DNA of 64,000 nt from Nitrospirota bacterium (GCA_963790025.1 CAWBMP010000002.1:32001-96000), one strand, 5' to 3'; positions 1 through 10,756 are shown, counted from the stretch's first letter. Translations and numbers: made by a program. Notes: generated by a model not told the origin, from the sequence alone.

Positions 1-85
1 GAGGGCATGGACTGTCTTGTGGAAGGACGAAAACCTATCATGAATGACCAGCATCCTTTTACTGATAGCAGGTCATGATAAGTAA

Positions 86-1081
<996 letters not shown>

Positions 1082-1114
1082 AATCTCTCGACCCGGGTTT
1101 TAAGGAGGTCCTTA

Positions 1115-1444
1115 ATGGGAAAGCGTAAATGCGGTAGCGAAACGGAAAAACAAGTCGGTGAAGAATCGACATGCAAGGAGTGCTTGCTTGATACTTGCTT
1201 AAAATGCGGCAGTAAGGAAGTATTTCTGAAAAATGAGGATTCTGACTATTCTTTATGCAAAGCATGCTGGAAAGAGAAAATAAAAGAGTGCACAGGCAGG
1301 ATGAAAGACAGAGTAAAGCAAATGGAAAATGATGAACGTTTTTTGAGTTGTGATTATTCAATTAATACCGATGCCATTGGCTATGCACTTGAAATAATAC
1401 AACAGGAGCTTGAAAAAATCGAAAGTTCCGTGCCGGGTCTTTGA
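1115..1444 (+). CDS. small Cys-rich hypothetical protein (possible zinc finger)
   Basis: AAGGAGG RBS; three CxxC motifs (CKEC, CLKC, CKAC); sits between galE and the DHH gene. Confidence 0.65.
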   Translation: MGKRKCGSETEKQVGEESTCKECLLDTCLKCGSKEVFLKNEDSDYSLCKACWKEKIKECTGRMKDRVKQMENDERFLSCDYSINTDAIGYALEIIQQELEKIESSVPGL

Positions 1445-1457
1445 TAACAATTAACTG

Positions 1458-2510
1458 ATGGCAACGAGAGACAAAGACATGCAGGCAAACGAGACCGGCC
1501 GACACAGGCTTGAGCGCTTGAAGAAGGTTTGCGACAGCGCGAAGCATGTCCTCATAATAATTTACGCTAACCCTGACCCTGACGCGCTCGCCAGCGCGAT
1601 GGCCCTGAAAACTATACTTGAGACAAAAAAACGCGCTGTCACTATAGGCTATACAGGGGCAATCGGAAGGCCTGAAAACGCCTCTATGATAAGGCAGCTA
1701 AAAATACCCGCATTTCCGATCAGCGAGAAAGAGGCGGCCCGGGCCGACTTTATAGCATTAGTTGACTCCCAGCCACAGTTCTTCACTGACTTCACCCTCC
1801 CTCGCTGCAATATAGTGATTGACCACCATCCCCTCCTGGATATAATTCAGGCCGAGTTTGCCGACATACGGCCCAACTACCTGTCCACTTCGTCCATCAT
1901 GACAGAATATCTGAGGGACGCAGGCGTGCGTCTCAGCAAAAACCTCGCAAGCGCTCTCTTTTACGGGATTAAAACGGATACGCGCCATTTCATGGGGACC
2001 ATGAGCCACGGAGACATGGAGGCAATAAAATGGCTTGGAAGCAGGACTGACAGAGACATTGTCAAGCAGATAGAGTTCTCGCAGTTCTCGCGGGAGAGCC
2101 TGGACTATTTCAGCATCGCACTCGTCAGAAGGCGTTTTTTGAACGGCGTCATGTTCTCATACTTGGGTCCGGTACCGTTCTTCGACGTTTGCGTGCAGGT
2201 AGCGGATTTCTTGATCCGGGTGGAGAACGTATCCTGGGCGCTGGTAAGCGGGGTGGTCGGCGACACGCTGGTGGTAGTTTTCCGAAACGACGGAATCAAG
2301 AAGGACGCCGGCTACCTGGCCCGCACAGCCTTCGGAGACAGAGGCAGCGCAGGCGGTCACGAGTCCATGGGGCGTGCCCAAGTGAGGCAGGATGCCTTGC
2401 CAAGAGGTCTTCTTCTGACGGATGACAGGGGCATAGAGGAATTTGTACTTGGCTCACTCGCAAAGATTGATCCCGTCTTTCTGCCTGTTCTTAAATCTTT
2501 CAGGAAATAG
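1458..2510 (+). CDS. DHH family phosphoesterase (NrnA-like)
   Basis: NPDPDA, IDHH, GIKTDT and SAGGH motifs. Confidence 0.9.
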   Translation: MATRDKDMQANETGRHRLERLKKVCDSAKHVLIIIYANPDPDALASAMALKTILETKKRAVTIGYTGAIGRPENASMIRQLKIPAFPISEKEAARADFIALVDSQPQFFTDFTLPRCNIVIDHHPLLDIIQAEFADIRPNYLSTSSIMTEYLRDAGVRLSKNLASALFYGIKTDTRHFMGTMSHGDMEAIKWLGSRTDRDIVKQIEFSQFSRESLDYFSIALVRRRFLNGVMFSYLGPVPFFDVCVQVADFLIRVENVSWALVSGVVGDTLVVVFRNDGIKKDAGYLARTAFGDRGSAGGHESMGRAQVRQDALPRGLLLTDDRGIEEFVLGSLAKIDPVFLPVLKSFRK

Positions 2511-2593
2511 TTTTCCCCCGGATATCGACTTTACCCAATTTGGGACCGATTCGAAAGGATGAGCAACCGTAGCACAACAGGATGGGTACGCTT

Positions 2594-3097
2594 TTACAAT
2601 TTTTGCGTGCCGGTCACAACAGAGGTGCCTGAACTAAAGATTCTGTTTATTGTCTTCGCAACCGAACTTGGTTCGCTGCTATTTTGTGCCACAGTTTTCA
2701 CCTGGTCGTTTTGAGGCATAGTCTGGACAGAGGCCTGAATATTTCCGGTATCATCGTCTGATTGCGGTGCTGCCTTTGTCTGAACAGCAGGACTATAAGG
2801 CTGTTGCACCTTTGTTTCATCCGAGTCTCCTGGCTTTAAATAACTTTCAACAGTTTTAATATCAACATGCAGTTTCATGGCAATCTCGGAGGCGGAATTT
2901 CCCTCTTGACACAAAAGCTGCACCTGGGCAGTAATCGAGAGGTCCACCTTATCCTCTTTCGGGTTTGCCGGTGACGTTTCTATCTGACCGGTCACAGTAC
3001 TCTTCGCATCCGCCGCCTGAAAAGTATTCTTCGCATCCGCCGTCTGAGGCGGGTTATTTGCGGCCATGCTCTGCAGATTGATATCTGTCACTTGCAT
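2594..3097 (-). CDS. low-complexity hypothetical protein, probably flagellar regulon
   Basis: 167 aa ORF with a DKVDLS-x-x-AQ motif, a 9-aa tandem repeat and an upstream sigma28 promoter. Confidence 0.6.
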   Translation of the reverse strand: MQVTDINLQSMAANNPPQTADAKNTFQAADAKSTVTGQIETSPANPKEDKVDLSITAQVQLLCQEGNSASEIAMKLHVDIKTVESYLKPGDSDETKVQQPYSPAVQTKAAPQSDDDTGNIQASVQTMPQNDQVKTVAQNSSEPSSVAKTINRIFSSGTSVVTGTQKL

Positions 3098-3148
3098 AGT
3101 ATTTCTCTTTTTACCTTACTTTTCATACTTTTTTTCCTCTCATGTTAT

Positions 3149-3175
3149 TTATCGGATATTAACTGAAAAACTTTA
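3149..3175 (-). promoter_or_regulatory. sigma28 (FliA) promoter
   Basis: minus strand TAAA-N15-TCCGATAA versus consensus TAAA-N15-GCCGATAA, ~50 bp upstream of the 3097 start. Confidence 0.8.
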
Positions 3176-3300
3176 GCACAGGGCAAAAAAAAATGTAACA
3201 TCCTGATTTTAAATGTTTTAGTCCGGGTCGGGCCACCACCACTCTTTAATATAAGTAAATAAAGTCAAATTTTCGAAGAAATGGGTAATGCTATTAAGTT

Positions 3301-3795
3301 TCATACGCCTCGTTTGTGAAATAGATCCCACCCCCCGGTGTTTTCATAATAACGGCGGCCTGCCTGAACAAGCTTCTTTCCCTGATAGCCGCTTACCTGG
3401 TATTGAAAACTTTTCCCTATTCTACTGAAAAGACGAAAACCGGAAAGGGAAAGAAAATCCGGCAAATATGGTACAACATAGGCATCGGCAAAATAGAGGG
3501 CGTTCTTGGAGATGCCATAAATATTGGGTGGACAATCGATGAGTACGTAGTCGTACTCCTTCACCTCATCTTTAAGCGCCTCGAAAATGGCAGTATAGTA
3601 TGGTGTGTAACGCATGCCGGAAAGATGGCTGCCCTTGAGCAGCCAAAACGTGGAATTGCACTGGGCGTCAATATCCACTATCAGAACCTTTTTCCTGTGA
3701 TATTTCGCAAGGCAAGCGCCAATGTTGACAACATTGGCAGTATTCCCAACTCCTCCCTTAAAATTGATGAATGCAACAATCCAGGGTTTCTTCAT
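3301..3795 (-). pseudogene. internally deleted parA fused in frame to the C-terminus of its downstream partner gene
   Basis: colinear with 38925-37373 minus two deletions; Walker A GKT changed to GNT. Confidence 0.85.
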
Positions 3796-3860
3796 GAATT
3801 TCAGGGTAGTGCAATCTTCTATAAGGTGTCAAGTAGGCAGGGAAATCGGTATATGATATA

Positions 3861-3907
3861 AAAAGGGGACAGACTGTTTTTGAGCAAAAGCAGCCTGTCC
3901 CCTTTTT
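3861..3907. terminator. intrinsic terminator, likely bidirectional
   Basis: AAAAGGGGACAG...CTGTCCCCTTTTT inverted repeat just downstream of the 3919 stop. Confidence 0.75.
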
Positions 3908-3918
3908 CTAAAATGCAG

Positions 3919-5373
3919 TTACAGGGTTTTAATAATTGCCTTCATGGCACTGATCAGGGCATCAATCTGGCTGAAGTCGTTGTAAAGGTGTGTGGAGGCC
4001 CTCAGCGCGTTCCATGTTAAGGAATTCCCTGGAATCGGGTTAAAACTGAGTGTTCTGATGACAATATTATATTTGCTCAACAAGGTGCTTTGGACTGCGG
4101 CTGGCTTGGTCGCGTCCGTCCAGTCACGAAAGGGGTTGAAGCCTGCAATACCACTCATGATCTCCTGAGGAGCATCCGCAGCAGGGGCCAACAGGCTATT
4201 GGCACCCCAGGTAGCCGCGATCTGCTGACGAAGATACCTGCTCATTGCGATGTCCCTGTCCTCAATTTTTTGTTTGCCGATAGCTGTCTGGAAATCCATG
4301 GCATCGCTCATGGCCGCAAATGCAGGCGTGTTAAGCTGTCCCCTGATCTGTAAAATACCGCCTATTGAAGTGTCTAAGCCGGGATACGTGATGTTCAAGT
4401 ATTCGTATGCCTCTGTGAGCATGGGCCAAACATCATTGAGGTTGGGTGAACTGGGAGTAGTCGGAAATTTGCCGGCGGACGGAAGCATCCCGTTGTCTGT
4501 TCCAGGGCGCAGATACAACATGCCGGTCCCGGGAGGAGCGCATAACCATTTGTGACCGGCGCAAGGATAATAATCACAGCCAAGATCGGTCAAGCTGAAA
4601 TTTATCATACCGGGAGCGTGGGCGCCGTCAACTATTGTGATCAGTCCATAGCTGCTCGCCAGGGCACAAAGTGCCTTGACAGGCATTCTCAGTCCGGTCG
4701 TGTAATTAATATGGCTAAATATTAAGGCCTTGACATTGACAGAGGTCTTGATTGCGGCCTGGAATGCATCGACAATTCCCTGGGCACTTACAGCAGGAGT
4801 CGGAAGCGCAATCTCTTTTACAATAATGCCTTTCCTGTCTTGATCGAGTTGGAGCGGAGAGGTTGCAGCGCCATTTTCATGCGTAGTAGTAATAACGGTA
4901 TCGCCGGCCTGGAGGTCGAGCCCGTGAACGACCGCATTCAGTCCCCAGGTCGTGTTGTTGGTGAGAACGATGTTCTCGTAGGAAGGGGCACCGAGGAAAT
5001 CAGCGGCTTTCTGCCTGTTCAGTACCTGGAAAATATTCAGGTTCGTATCATTATTGATAGCATTCCACGGGTTGGACGTAAACAGTTTCGTATATGCGGC
5101 GAAGCTGTCCAAAACGGTCTCGGGTATTGATCCCTCTGTTCCGGTATTCATGTAGATAAGGTCGCCGAGCAAAAACTGCTCTCGCACCTCCCTCCATGTG
5201 CCGGTGCCACTGAAGCTCTGCGTGCTCAGAGCTGCAGCCTTGGAGATTGTCGGAAAGCTGAGCGCCACGCCACCTGCTGTGACGGCAGACACCGCCTTGA
5301 GGAAATCACGGCGGCTGCCCCGAAAATTCATGAGTTTCTCTGTTTCATTCATATCCTTTGACTGGCCTGCCAT
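3919..5373 (-). CDS. Tat-exported class V PLP aminotransferase (isopenicillin N epimerase / cysteine desulfurase-like)
   Basis: SRRDFLK twin-arginine signal; DGAH motif; PLP lysine motif CAGHKWLCAPPGTG; RASTHLYN. Confidence 0.85.
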   Translation of the reverse strand: MAGQSKDMNETEKLMNFRGSRRDFLKAVSAVTAGGVALSFPTISKAAALSTQSFSGTGTWREVREQFLLGDLIYMNTGTEGSIPETVLDSFAAYTKLFTSNPWNAINNDTNLNIFQVLNRQKAADFLGAPSYENIVLTNNTTWGLNAVVHGLDLQAGDTVITTTHENGAATSPLQLDQDRKGIIVKEIALPTPAVSAQGIVDAFQAAIKTSVNVKALIFSHINYTTGLRMPVKALCALASSYGLITIVDGAHAPGMINFSLTDLGCDYYPCAGHKWLCAPPGTGMLYLRPGTDNGMLPSAGKFPTTPSSPNLNDVWPMLTEAYEYLNITYPGLDTSIGGILQIRGQLNTPAFAAMSDAMDFQTAIGKQKIEDRDIAMSRYLRQQIAATWGANSLLAPAADAPQEIMSGIAGFNPFRDWTDATKPAAVQSTLLSKYNIVIRTLSFNPIPGNSLTWNALRASTHLYNDFSQIDALISAMKAIIKTL

Positions 5374-5550
5374 AGTTGTTACCTCCCGTGGACATTATTA
5401 TGATGGAACCACAAAACTGCGTCTCCGAAGACAACGCATTTCCTAATATGCAGCCCTTTTTTCCAGGTCTGCCACATTTGAACCATTTGGTGCCGATTCG
5501 AAAGAACAAACAATTATATCATATCAAGGGCTGTGAAAAGTACAGTATGC

Positions 5551-5603
5551 AAAACAAAAACCTGGACCCATCATTGGTTGTCACCAGGATCGATCCGGGT
5601 TTC
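5551..5603 (-). terminator. putative terminator hairpin in the aminotransferase leader
   Basis: minus strand AACCCGGATCGATC...GATGGGTCCAGG followed by TTTTTGTTTT. Confidence 0.45.
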
Positions 5604-5991
5604 CTAGTTCCTTTATGAGGTCAGCAAAGTGCCCGAAAAATTAAGTACCCAAATGAAAACATATTTTATTTCAGATCTAATACAGAATGATGGCAGCCTG
5701 ACTGAAAGCGGCATTGTCGTTTTCTGAATTAACGTTGGCGTGCCGGGACGAACGATATTACCAACTTTCTTTTCAGGGCCTTCGTTACCCTTTCCAGGAA
5801 TTCCAAAGACGGCATTCTTTTATCATTTGGGTTTTCAAGCCGGGCTATGCTCTGCTGCTTTGTGCCTATCCGCTCGACAAGTTCCGCTTGTGATATCTTC
5901 TGGGCCTTCCTTAAAGTGGCAATTCCTTGCCGGGATAAGCAATCATCAAAACCGGAAGCAGGAAAAAGCGAAAAAAGGCAATAAAATCAAA

Positions 5992-6090
5992 CGGAGGGGT
6001 GAGATTCGAATAGAACGGATTGAAGCACAACTGTTTGATTTCTAAAGCACTCTCGCTCGGCAAAAGCCCATTGGAGACAGATTGGAGACG
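5992..6090 (-). repeat. att site 1: tRNA-Ser 3' core plus one arm
   Basis: core CGGAGGGGTGAGATTCGAA at 5992-6010 (one G short of the other copies); IHF consensus at 6028-6040; TTGGAGAC repeats at 6071 and 6082; ~100 bp similar to 44898-44998. Confidence 0.85.
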
Positions 6091-6183
6091 GCAAGTATTT
6101 ATTGTTCTTCCTCTGCGAGCTTCAAAAGACGCTCACTTCTCCATACACGGTGGCAGTTTCCGTTAAACACTATCGCGCCTTGT

Positions 6184-6351
6184 TCACGGACGCCTGAGGA
6201 ATCTCAAGTAGAAAGCTACGAACACCAAGACAATGCCAATATTCACTGTTAGCCGTTCCCAGAATCGGTTTCTGAAGAACACGAAATCTACACCGACTAT
6301 GACGGCTGCCATCGCCACCACGTAAATCACGACAGCTACCTGTCTGCCCAT
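6184..6351 (-). CDS. small two-helix membrane protein
   Basis: MGRQVAVVIYVV... has two hydrophobic segments; ATG start chosen at 6351. Confidence 0.6.
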   Translation of the reverse strand: MGRQVAVVIYVVAMAAVIVGVDFVFFRNRFWERLTVNIGIVLVFVAFYLRFLRRP

Positions 6352-6604
6352 TTCAGGTAAATCCTCTCCGGCTACGCGGCCGACCGGCACCCGCTATTCT
6401 ATGCGGCGTCAACACCAAACCTCAGTCCCACACACGAGCTTAGTATAATTGTAGCACTCATTGGTTGGTTTCTTAAAGGCTTTTTATCGGGCGAGATGTT
6501 TTCTTATCACTGCTGACGATTGCCGATTTCTACCACTTTTGTTTCATTATCCTTTCAAGCAATGAAAATTAAGGGAAAAATGAGTGGGGTCTACCATAGG
6601 ATTT

Positions 6605-6800
6605 ATGCAGATGACTATGGCAGCTTTATTCATGTAAGATATGCTTAACGGGGGTGTGGCTTGTGGGGTCAGTGGCCTGTTCATTCAGGCTCACTTGAGT
6701 CTGAAATGCCGCCTCCGTCATCTGCATCATCCTCAAAAGGGTCGACCGGGATGGTGCCAAATGTGGCTCTGTAAGTAGACGAGACCTGAGGATGATAATC
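6605..6800 (+). ncRNA. predicted IS110 bridge RNA
   Basis: stems 6605-6615/6717-6727 and 6726-6735/6787-6796; internal loop carries CGGGAT, matching the element right end. Confidence 0.55.
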
Positions 6801-6820
6801 TTGTCTGCAAAGGAGACTAC

Positions 6821-8020
6821 ATGAAAAAAGATGATCCCCTCGAACTGCGTGTAAGCGTCGATATTGGCTGCCGCAGTCACAACGTTGCAATCGGCCTATC
6901 CAGCGGTGAAGTCCTCGATGAATTCTCAATCGTGCATGAACCTGAAGGGTTCCGGCAATTCTTCTGTCGCATCGAGAAGCAGGAGCAAAGGTTTAGTTGT
7001 CCCGTTGCCGTAGCAATGGAGGGCTTCAACGGCTACGCACGTCCGCTGGACACGCTCGTTCGGGCCCGCAATTATCGCCTCTTCAATATCAACAATCTCA
7101 AGCTTGCTCGATTCAAGGAGATATTCCCCGGTGCCGCGAAGACCGATGCAATCGACGCAAGGAAAGGACTGGAGCTTTTTCAGCTTCGAGATCATCTGCC
7201 GATAGCCAAGGATGTGCTGCAGGAGGTACGCAAAACGCCGCGGGACAACGACATTCTAAAGCGGCTATCACGGCGCCGACGTCGTTTGGTCGATGAGCGA
7301 GTACGGGTAGTAAACAACCTACAGGCCGATCTTCACGCTGTATGTCCGGGACTTCTGGAGATTACCGGTGAGGCCGACAATATGTGGTTTCTTGGATTTC
7401 TGACCAGCACGGATGACCTTCGCACGCTTGCACGCATGCGGGAAACAACTATCCGCAAGATCCCGGGCATTGGTAAGAAATATGCCTCTGTTATTGTTGA
7501 ATGGCAGAAAACAGCACAGTTTAGTCACGACGTCGAGTGGGTCGGTGAAATGATCCAGGAAGATGCAATCCGCGTGATGGAACTCCATGCCAAGATAAAA
7601 TCACTTGAAGCAAAGATGGAGGGTGTTGCACACGGCTCGGATATTGCGCAAACGCTCGCAACCATTCCAGGATTCGGTTCCATTTGTACATCTGAACTCG
7701 CCGGAGAGATTGGAACTATCGAGCGCTTTGGCAGCGAAGCAAGTCTGGCTCTGTATATTGGGATGGCGAATCTTGACAATAGTTCAGGCAAGCAAAAAGG
7801 ATCAAAACCACCAACGCAGGTTAATACTCGGGCTAAGGCCGCAATGATGGTTGCCGTAGATCGGCACCGAAAACAAGTTCCGCAGTCTCAACAATATTAT
7901 GAGAAAAAAAGAGCTGAAGGCAAGAAACATAACCAGGCACTACGTGCGCTTGGTCGTCATCTTTGCCGTGTTATTTTCAAGATGCTGAAGGAGAACAGAG
8001 GGTACATCTTATCTAAATAA
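6821..8020 (+). CDS. IS110 family transposase/recombinase
   Basis: SVDIG, AMEG and KTDAIDA (DEDD) motifs, TIPGFG helix-hairpin, SSG serine motif; GGAG RBS. Confidence 0.95.
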   Translation: MKKDDPLELRVSVDIGCRSHNVAIGLSSGEVLDEFSIVHEPEGFRQFFCRIEKQEQRFSCPVAVAMEGFNGYARPLDTLVRARNYRLFNINNLKLARFKEIFPGAAKTDAIDARKGLELFQLRDHLPIAKDVLQEVRKTPRDNDILKRLSRRRRRLVDERVRVVNNLQADLHAVCPGLLEITGEADNMWFLGFLTSTDDLRTLARMRETTIRKIPGIGKKYASVIVEWQKTAQFSHDVEWVGEMIQEDAIRVMELHAKIKSLEAKMEGVAHGSDIAQTLATIPGFGSICTSELAGEIGTIERFGSEASLALYIGMANLDNSSGKQKGSKPPTQVNTRAKAAMMVAVDRHRKQVPQSQQYYEKKRAEGKKHNQALRALGRHLCRVIFKMLKENRGYILSK

Positions 8021-8052
8021 GAAAAAATATATTGAAAATTCCAGCGGGATGT

Positions 8053-8134
8053 TCAGACTTAATACTTGCATTGCTACTGCCCTATTGTTCATTGTCTTTA
8101 GATAACCGAAGGATTAATCAAGTATTAAGTCTGA
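8053..8134. repeat. 16-bp perfect inverted repeat (REP-like)
   Basis: TCAGACTTAATACTTG at 8053-8068 and CAAGTATTAAGTCTGA at 8119-8134. Confidence 0.7.
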
Positions 8135-8371
8135 CCCAAGAGTGATACTCCCTGACACTCCCGGCAGTCTTATCTTTTGTTGATCAACCGGACAATCAAT
8201 TTCATAATGGTTGTTTTTTTTAGGAGCCGGGGAATACAGCGAGGGGTAAACAACCAACCTACCCTCCCTGTCGGATTCAACAGTTTTGTTGTTTTTTGTT
8301 TTAACCATTCCCTAATGTACCAAAACCCTCGGCGGACACACCAAATTAGCTGCGTATTCCATGCAGCTAAA

Positions 8372-8890
8372 TCAGTCAAATAAAATTGATTTGAGTTTGA
8401 TAACATTTTCATCTTCAGGATTACAAAGTTCCGAACATTTATCAAGAGAGACTTCTACTTTGCTCAATGCTGCCGCAAAAGACATACACGTCGGGTATCC
8501 ACATTTCTTACAATTGTTTTTTGGTAATAATTTATAAATATTCAGGGCAGGGATATGCTTGAACTTCTTATCATTAGGTTGCATTGAATCTTTTTTGGAG
8601 TAAATATCATTGAGAAATTCAATGAGCTTTTCAATTGTTGTAATAGCGTGGGCCTTGTTTTCTACCACTGCCAAAACACCATTATCCGGATATAGTGCAC
8701 AGTGGAACTCATTAAAATTAAATTTAATATAATGCGGCTTATCAAAATATAATGGTTTTGTTGCTACCGCATTGATATATGGGAATAACGAAGAAATATC
8801 AGAATTAAATTTAAATTTAACCTTAAATTCTAAACTACCTGCCTCACACTCACGCCTTTCCAAAATAATATCTGAATATTCTATTATCAT
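8372..8890 (-). CDS. putative Fe-S cluster domain protein
   Basis: C-terminal LPKNNCKKCGYPTCMSFA...C motif. Confidence 0.8.
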   Translation of the reverse strand: MIIEYSDIILERRECEAGSLEFKVKFKFNSDISSLFPYINAVATKPLYFDKPHYIKFNFNEFHCALYPDNGVLAVVENKAHAITTIEKLIEFLNDIYSKKDSMQPNDKKFKHIPALNIYKLLPKNNCKKCGYPTCMSFAAALSKVEVSLDKCSELCNPEDENVIKLKSILFD

Positions 8891-8974
8891 AAATTTTCCC
8901 TTTCAGTTAGTCCAGTTCTATTACTCCTCCCCTTGACCTAAAAGATAAAACCTGACCTATCAGTCAACACGGTA

Positions 8975-9811
8975 TTAGATTTCCATGACTATTCCCACAT
9001 TAGCAAAAAAGAAACGCTCTTTCAGCGCGGCATGCAGCAGCGATGCCTTCATCAGCCCAGTGCAATGAGAGACACCTAAATGTTCAATACGATATTTGTC
9101 AATTACCTTTAACGTTCCTTCGAATTGCTCCTCACTTGAAAAGTTCAAGTGCGTGCCGCCGATCACAGCATAAATGGTATCTTTCTTGAATGTCCCGACT
9201 ATATGGTCGAGTATGTTTATTACTCCTGCATGAGCACAGCCCAAAATAATGACCAATCCCTTGTCGGTATCTATAATCAGGGAGAGATCATCGTTCAGCG
9301 GGTCAAGTTTACCTATTATGTCGTTTTCATCACGAATAAACATGTTCCTGTCGCCTTTTTCAAATGCATTCACGCGGGGGATTTCACCCGTAACGTATAC
9401 ATTTTTGCCGATTTCAGTCAACCGGGTGTTGAACCTGAATTCTGCGCCCAGCGATTCCAGATAGGTCCGGGTAAAGGGGATTCCTATGTATTTAAGTATC
9501 CCGTCTTTCTCCCAAAAACGCTCTGTAAAAATTTCCGGATGTGTATAAACAGACTTTTTTCCGGTTATTTGAAGCACCTGAGGCAACCCTCCGGTGTGAT
9601 CATAATGTCCATGGCTGATGATGATCGAATCGATACCGGAAAGGTCTTTTTTCAGGGCAAATGCATTGTTTACGATTCCCAGTCCTTGTCCCGTGTCGAA
9701 AAGATAATTGGCATGTTCGGTCTCTATATAACAAGCAAAACCATGCTCGCCTATGACTGAAAACGGGACTGCGACAGAATTCTCGCATAATATGGTTATC
9801 TTCGTCTTCAT
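8975..9811 (-). CDS. metallo-beta-lactamase fold hydrolase
   Basis: EHGF, FDTG, SHGHYDHTGG, GCAHAG, GGTHL and SHCTG motifs. Confidence 0.9.
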   Translation of the reverse strand: MKTKITILCENSVAVPFSVIGEHGFACYIETEHANYLFDTGQGLGIVNNAFALKKDLSGIDSIIISHGHYDHTGGLPQVLQITGKKSVYTHPEIFTERFWEKDGILKYIGIPFTRTYLESLGAEFRFNTRLTEIGKNVYVTGEIPRVNAFEKGDRNMFIRDENDIIGKLDPLNDDLSLIIDTDKGLVIILGCAHAGVINILDHIVGTFKKDTIYAVIGGTHLNFSSEEQFEGTLKVIDKYRIEHLGVSHCTGLMKASLLHAALKERFFFANVGIVMEI

Positions 9812-9914
9812 GCGCTTTTCCTCCTGGATCCGTTTACGGGATGACCTTTTTTCGGCCCCCCCGTGTATGCAATAAAACCTTAATTCCCGTAAACCATATT
9901 AACGGCAGTAGCAA

Positions 9915-10685
9915 TTATTTGCCAACTACAAATGTTGTCGTGTCCGCTCCGCTATTCCCTGTTACGGGATCAAATGAATAAACAGTGACCTCATAGACGC
10001 CTTCTTTATTTACTTCAAGCATACTTTCAAAGGTACTTGTCTTATTCGCAAAAGATAGAGGGATTACTGTCGATACTGCACCATTAAATTTCACTATTGC
10101 CTTGACTTCGTATTTGTTGGCATCCCATATGCCCCCCGGTGTTATGGGGCAACCACACATCATCATGACATTTGCCCTCACCGATACCCTTATCTTTCCA
10201 TCTACCAGCTTCATCATCTCATTGGCCTGAGGTGCAAGCACGTTGACAGAGAAACCGTAGACATCTAAGATTATTCCATCTCCAGTAATATTCTTACCAG
10301 GTATTAACCATATCTGAGTAGTGTTTTTAGACATAGATTGCCTCTGACCATAAGGCGCATAAATCTCAATTGTGACAAACTTCGGTTCTGCTATATCAAG
10401 CGTTGTCTCGAACTTTGCGGCACTATTATCGCTTATGGGAACTCCTCGGCGAATCGGCTCTGACATGATTTTCTGAGTGTTTCCGGTTTCCCCTGTTGTG
10501 ACCCCTTTGGCAAGCACCTCTCCCGTTTCGGAATCCTTAATAATGACTATGGCACCTGCCATGGTACTGCCGATAAACTTGGCGTCCTTTGCTTTTGCTC
10601 TGACCGTAATCTTTGTCTGAGTTGCCTCCGATACTCCAGCAAAAAGAAAAAACATGAACACAATCATCATTATTTTTTTCAGCAT
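9915..10685 (-). CDS. secreted hypothetical protein
   Basis: N-terminal signal peptide; MMCGCP motif; AAGGAG RBS. Confidence 0.75.
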   Translation of the reverse strand: MLKKIMMIVFMFFLFAGVSEATQTKITVRAKAKDAKFIGSTMAGAIVIIKDSETGEVLAKGVTTGETGNTQKIMSEPIRRGVPISDNSAAKFETTLDIAEPKFVTIEIYAPYGQRQSMSKNTTQIWLIPGKNITGDGIILDVYGFSVNVLAPQANEMMKLVDGKIRVSVRANVMMMCGCPITPGGIWDANKYEVKAIVKFNGAVSTVIPLSFANKTSTFESMLEVNKEGVYEVTVYSFDPVTGNSGADTTTFVVGK

Positions 10686-10756
10686 AAAACTCCTTCTTAA
10701 AAAGATAAATATATTATTTGCATAATTGTATAAAGCTCACCATATGAACTTTATAC

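Larger units (their letters stand above)
6599..8050 (+). mobile_element. IS110 family insertion sequence
   Basis: DEDD transposase with a ~220 bp left non-coding end; GGAT at both inferred junctions (6599-6602, 8047-8050). Confidence 0.75.

Noticed and set aside
3219..3240. AGTCCGGGTCGGGCCACCA as another tRNA 3'-end att site
   Set aside because: It ends in CCA but lacks TTCG, has no second copy and no arm repeats; too weak.
5374..5990. Known riboswitch in the long aminotransferase leader, and the short ORFs 5376-5618 and 5740-6045
   Set aside because: No recognisable aptamer consensus by eye. The ORFs lack an RBS or motifs, and one runs through the att site.
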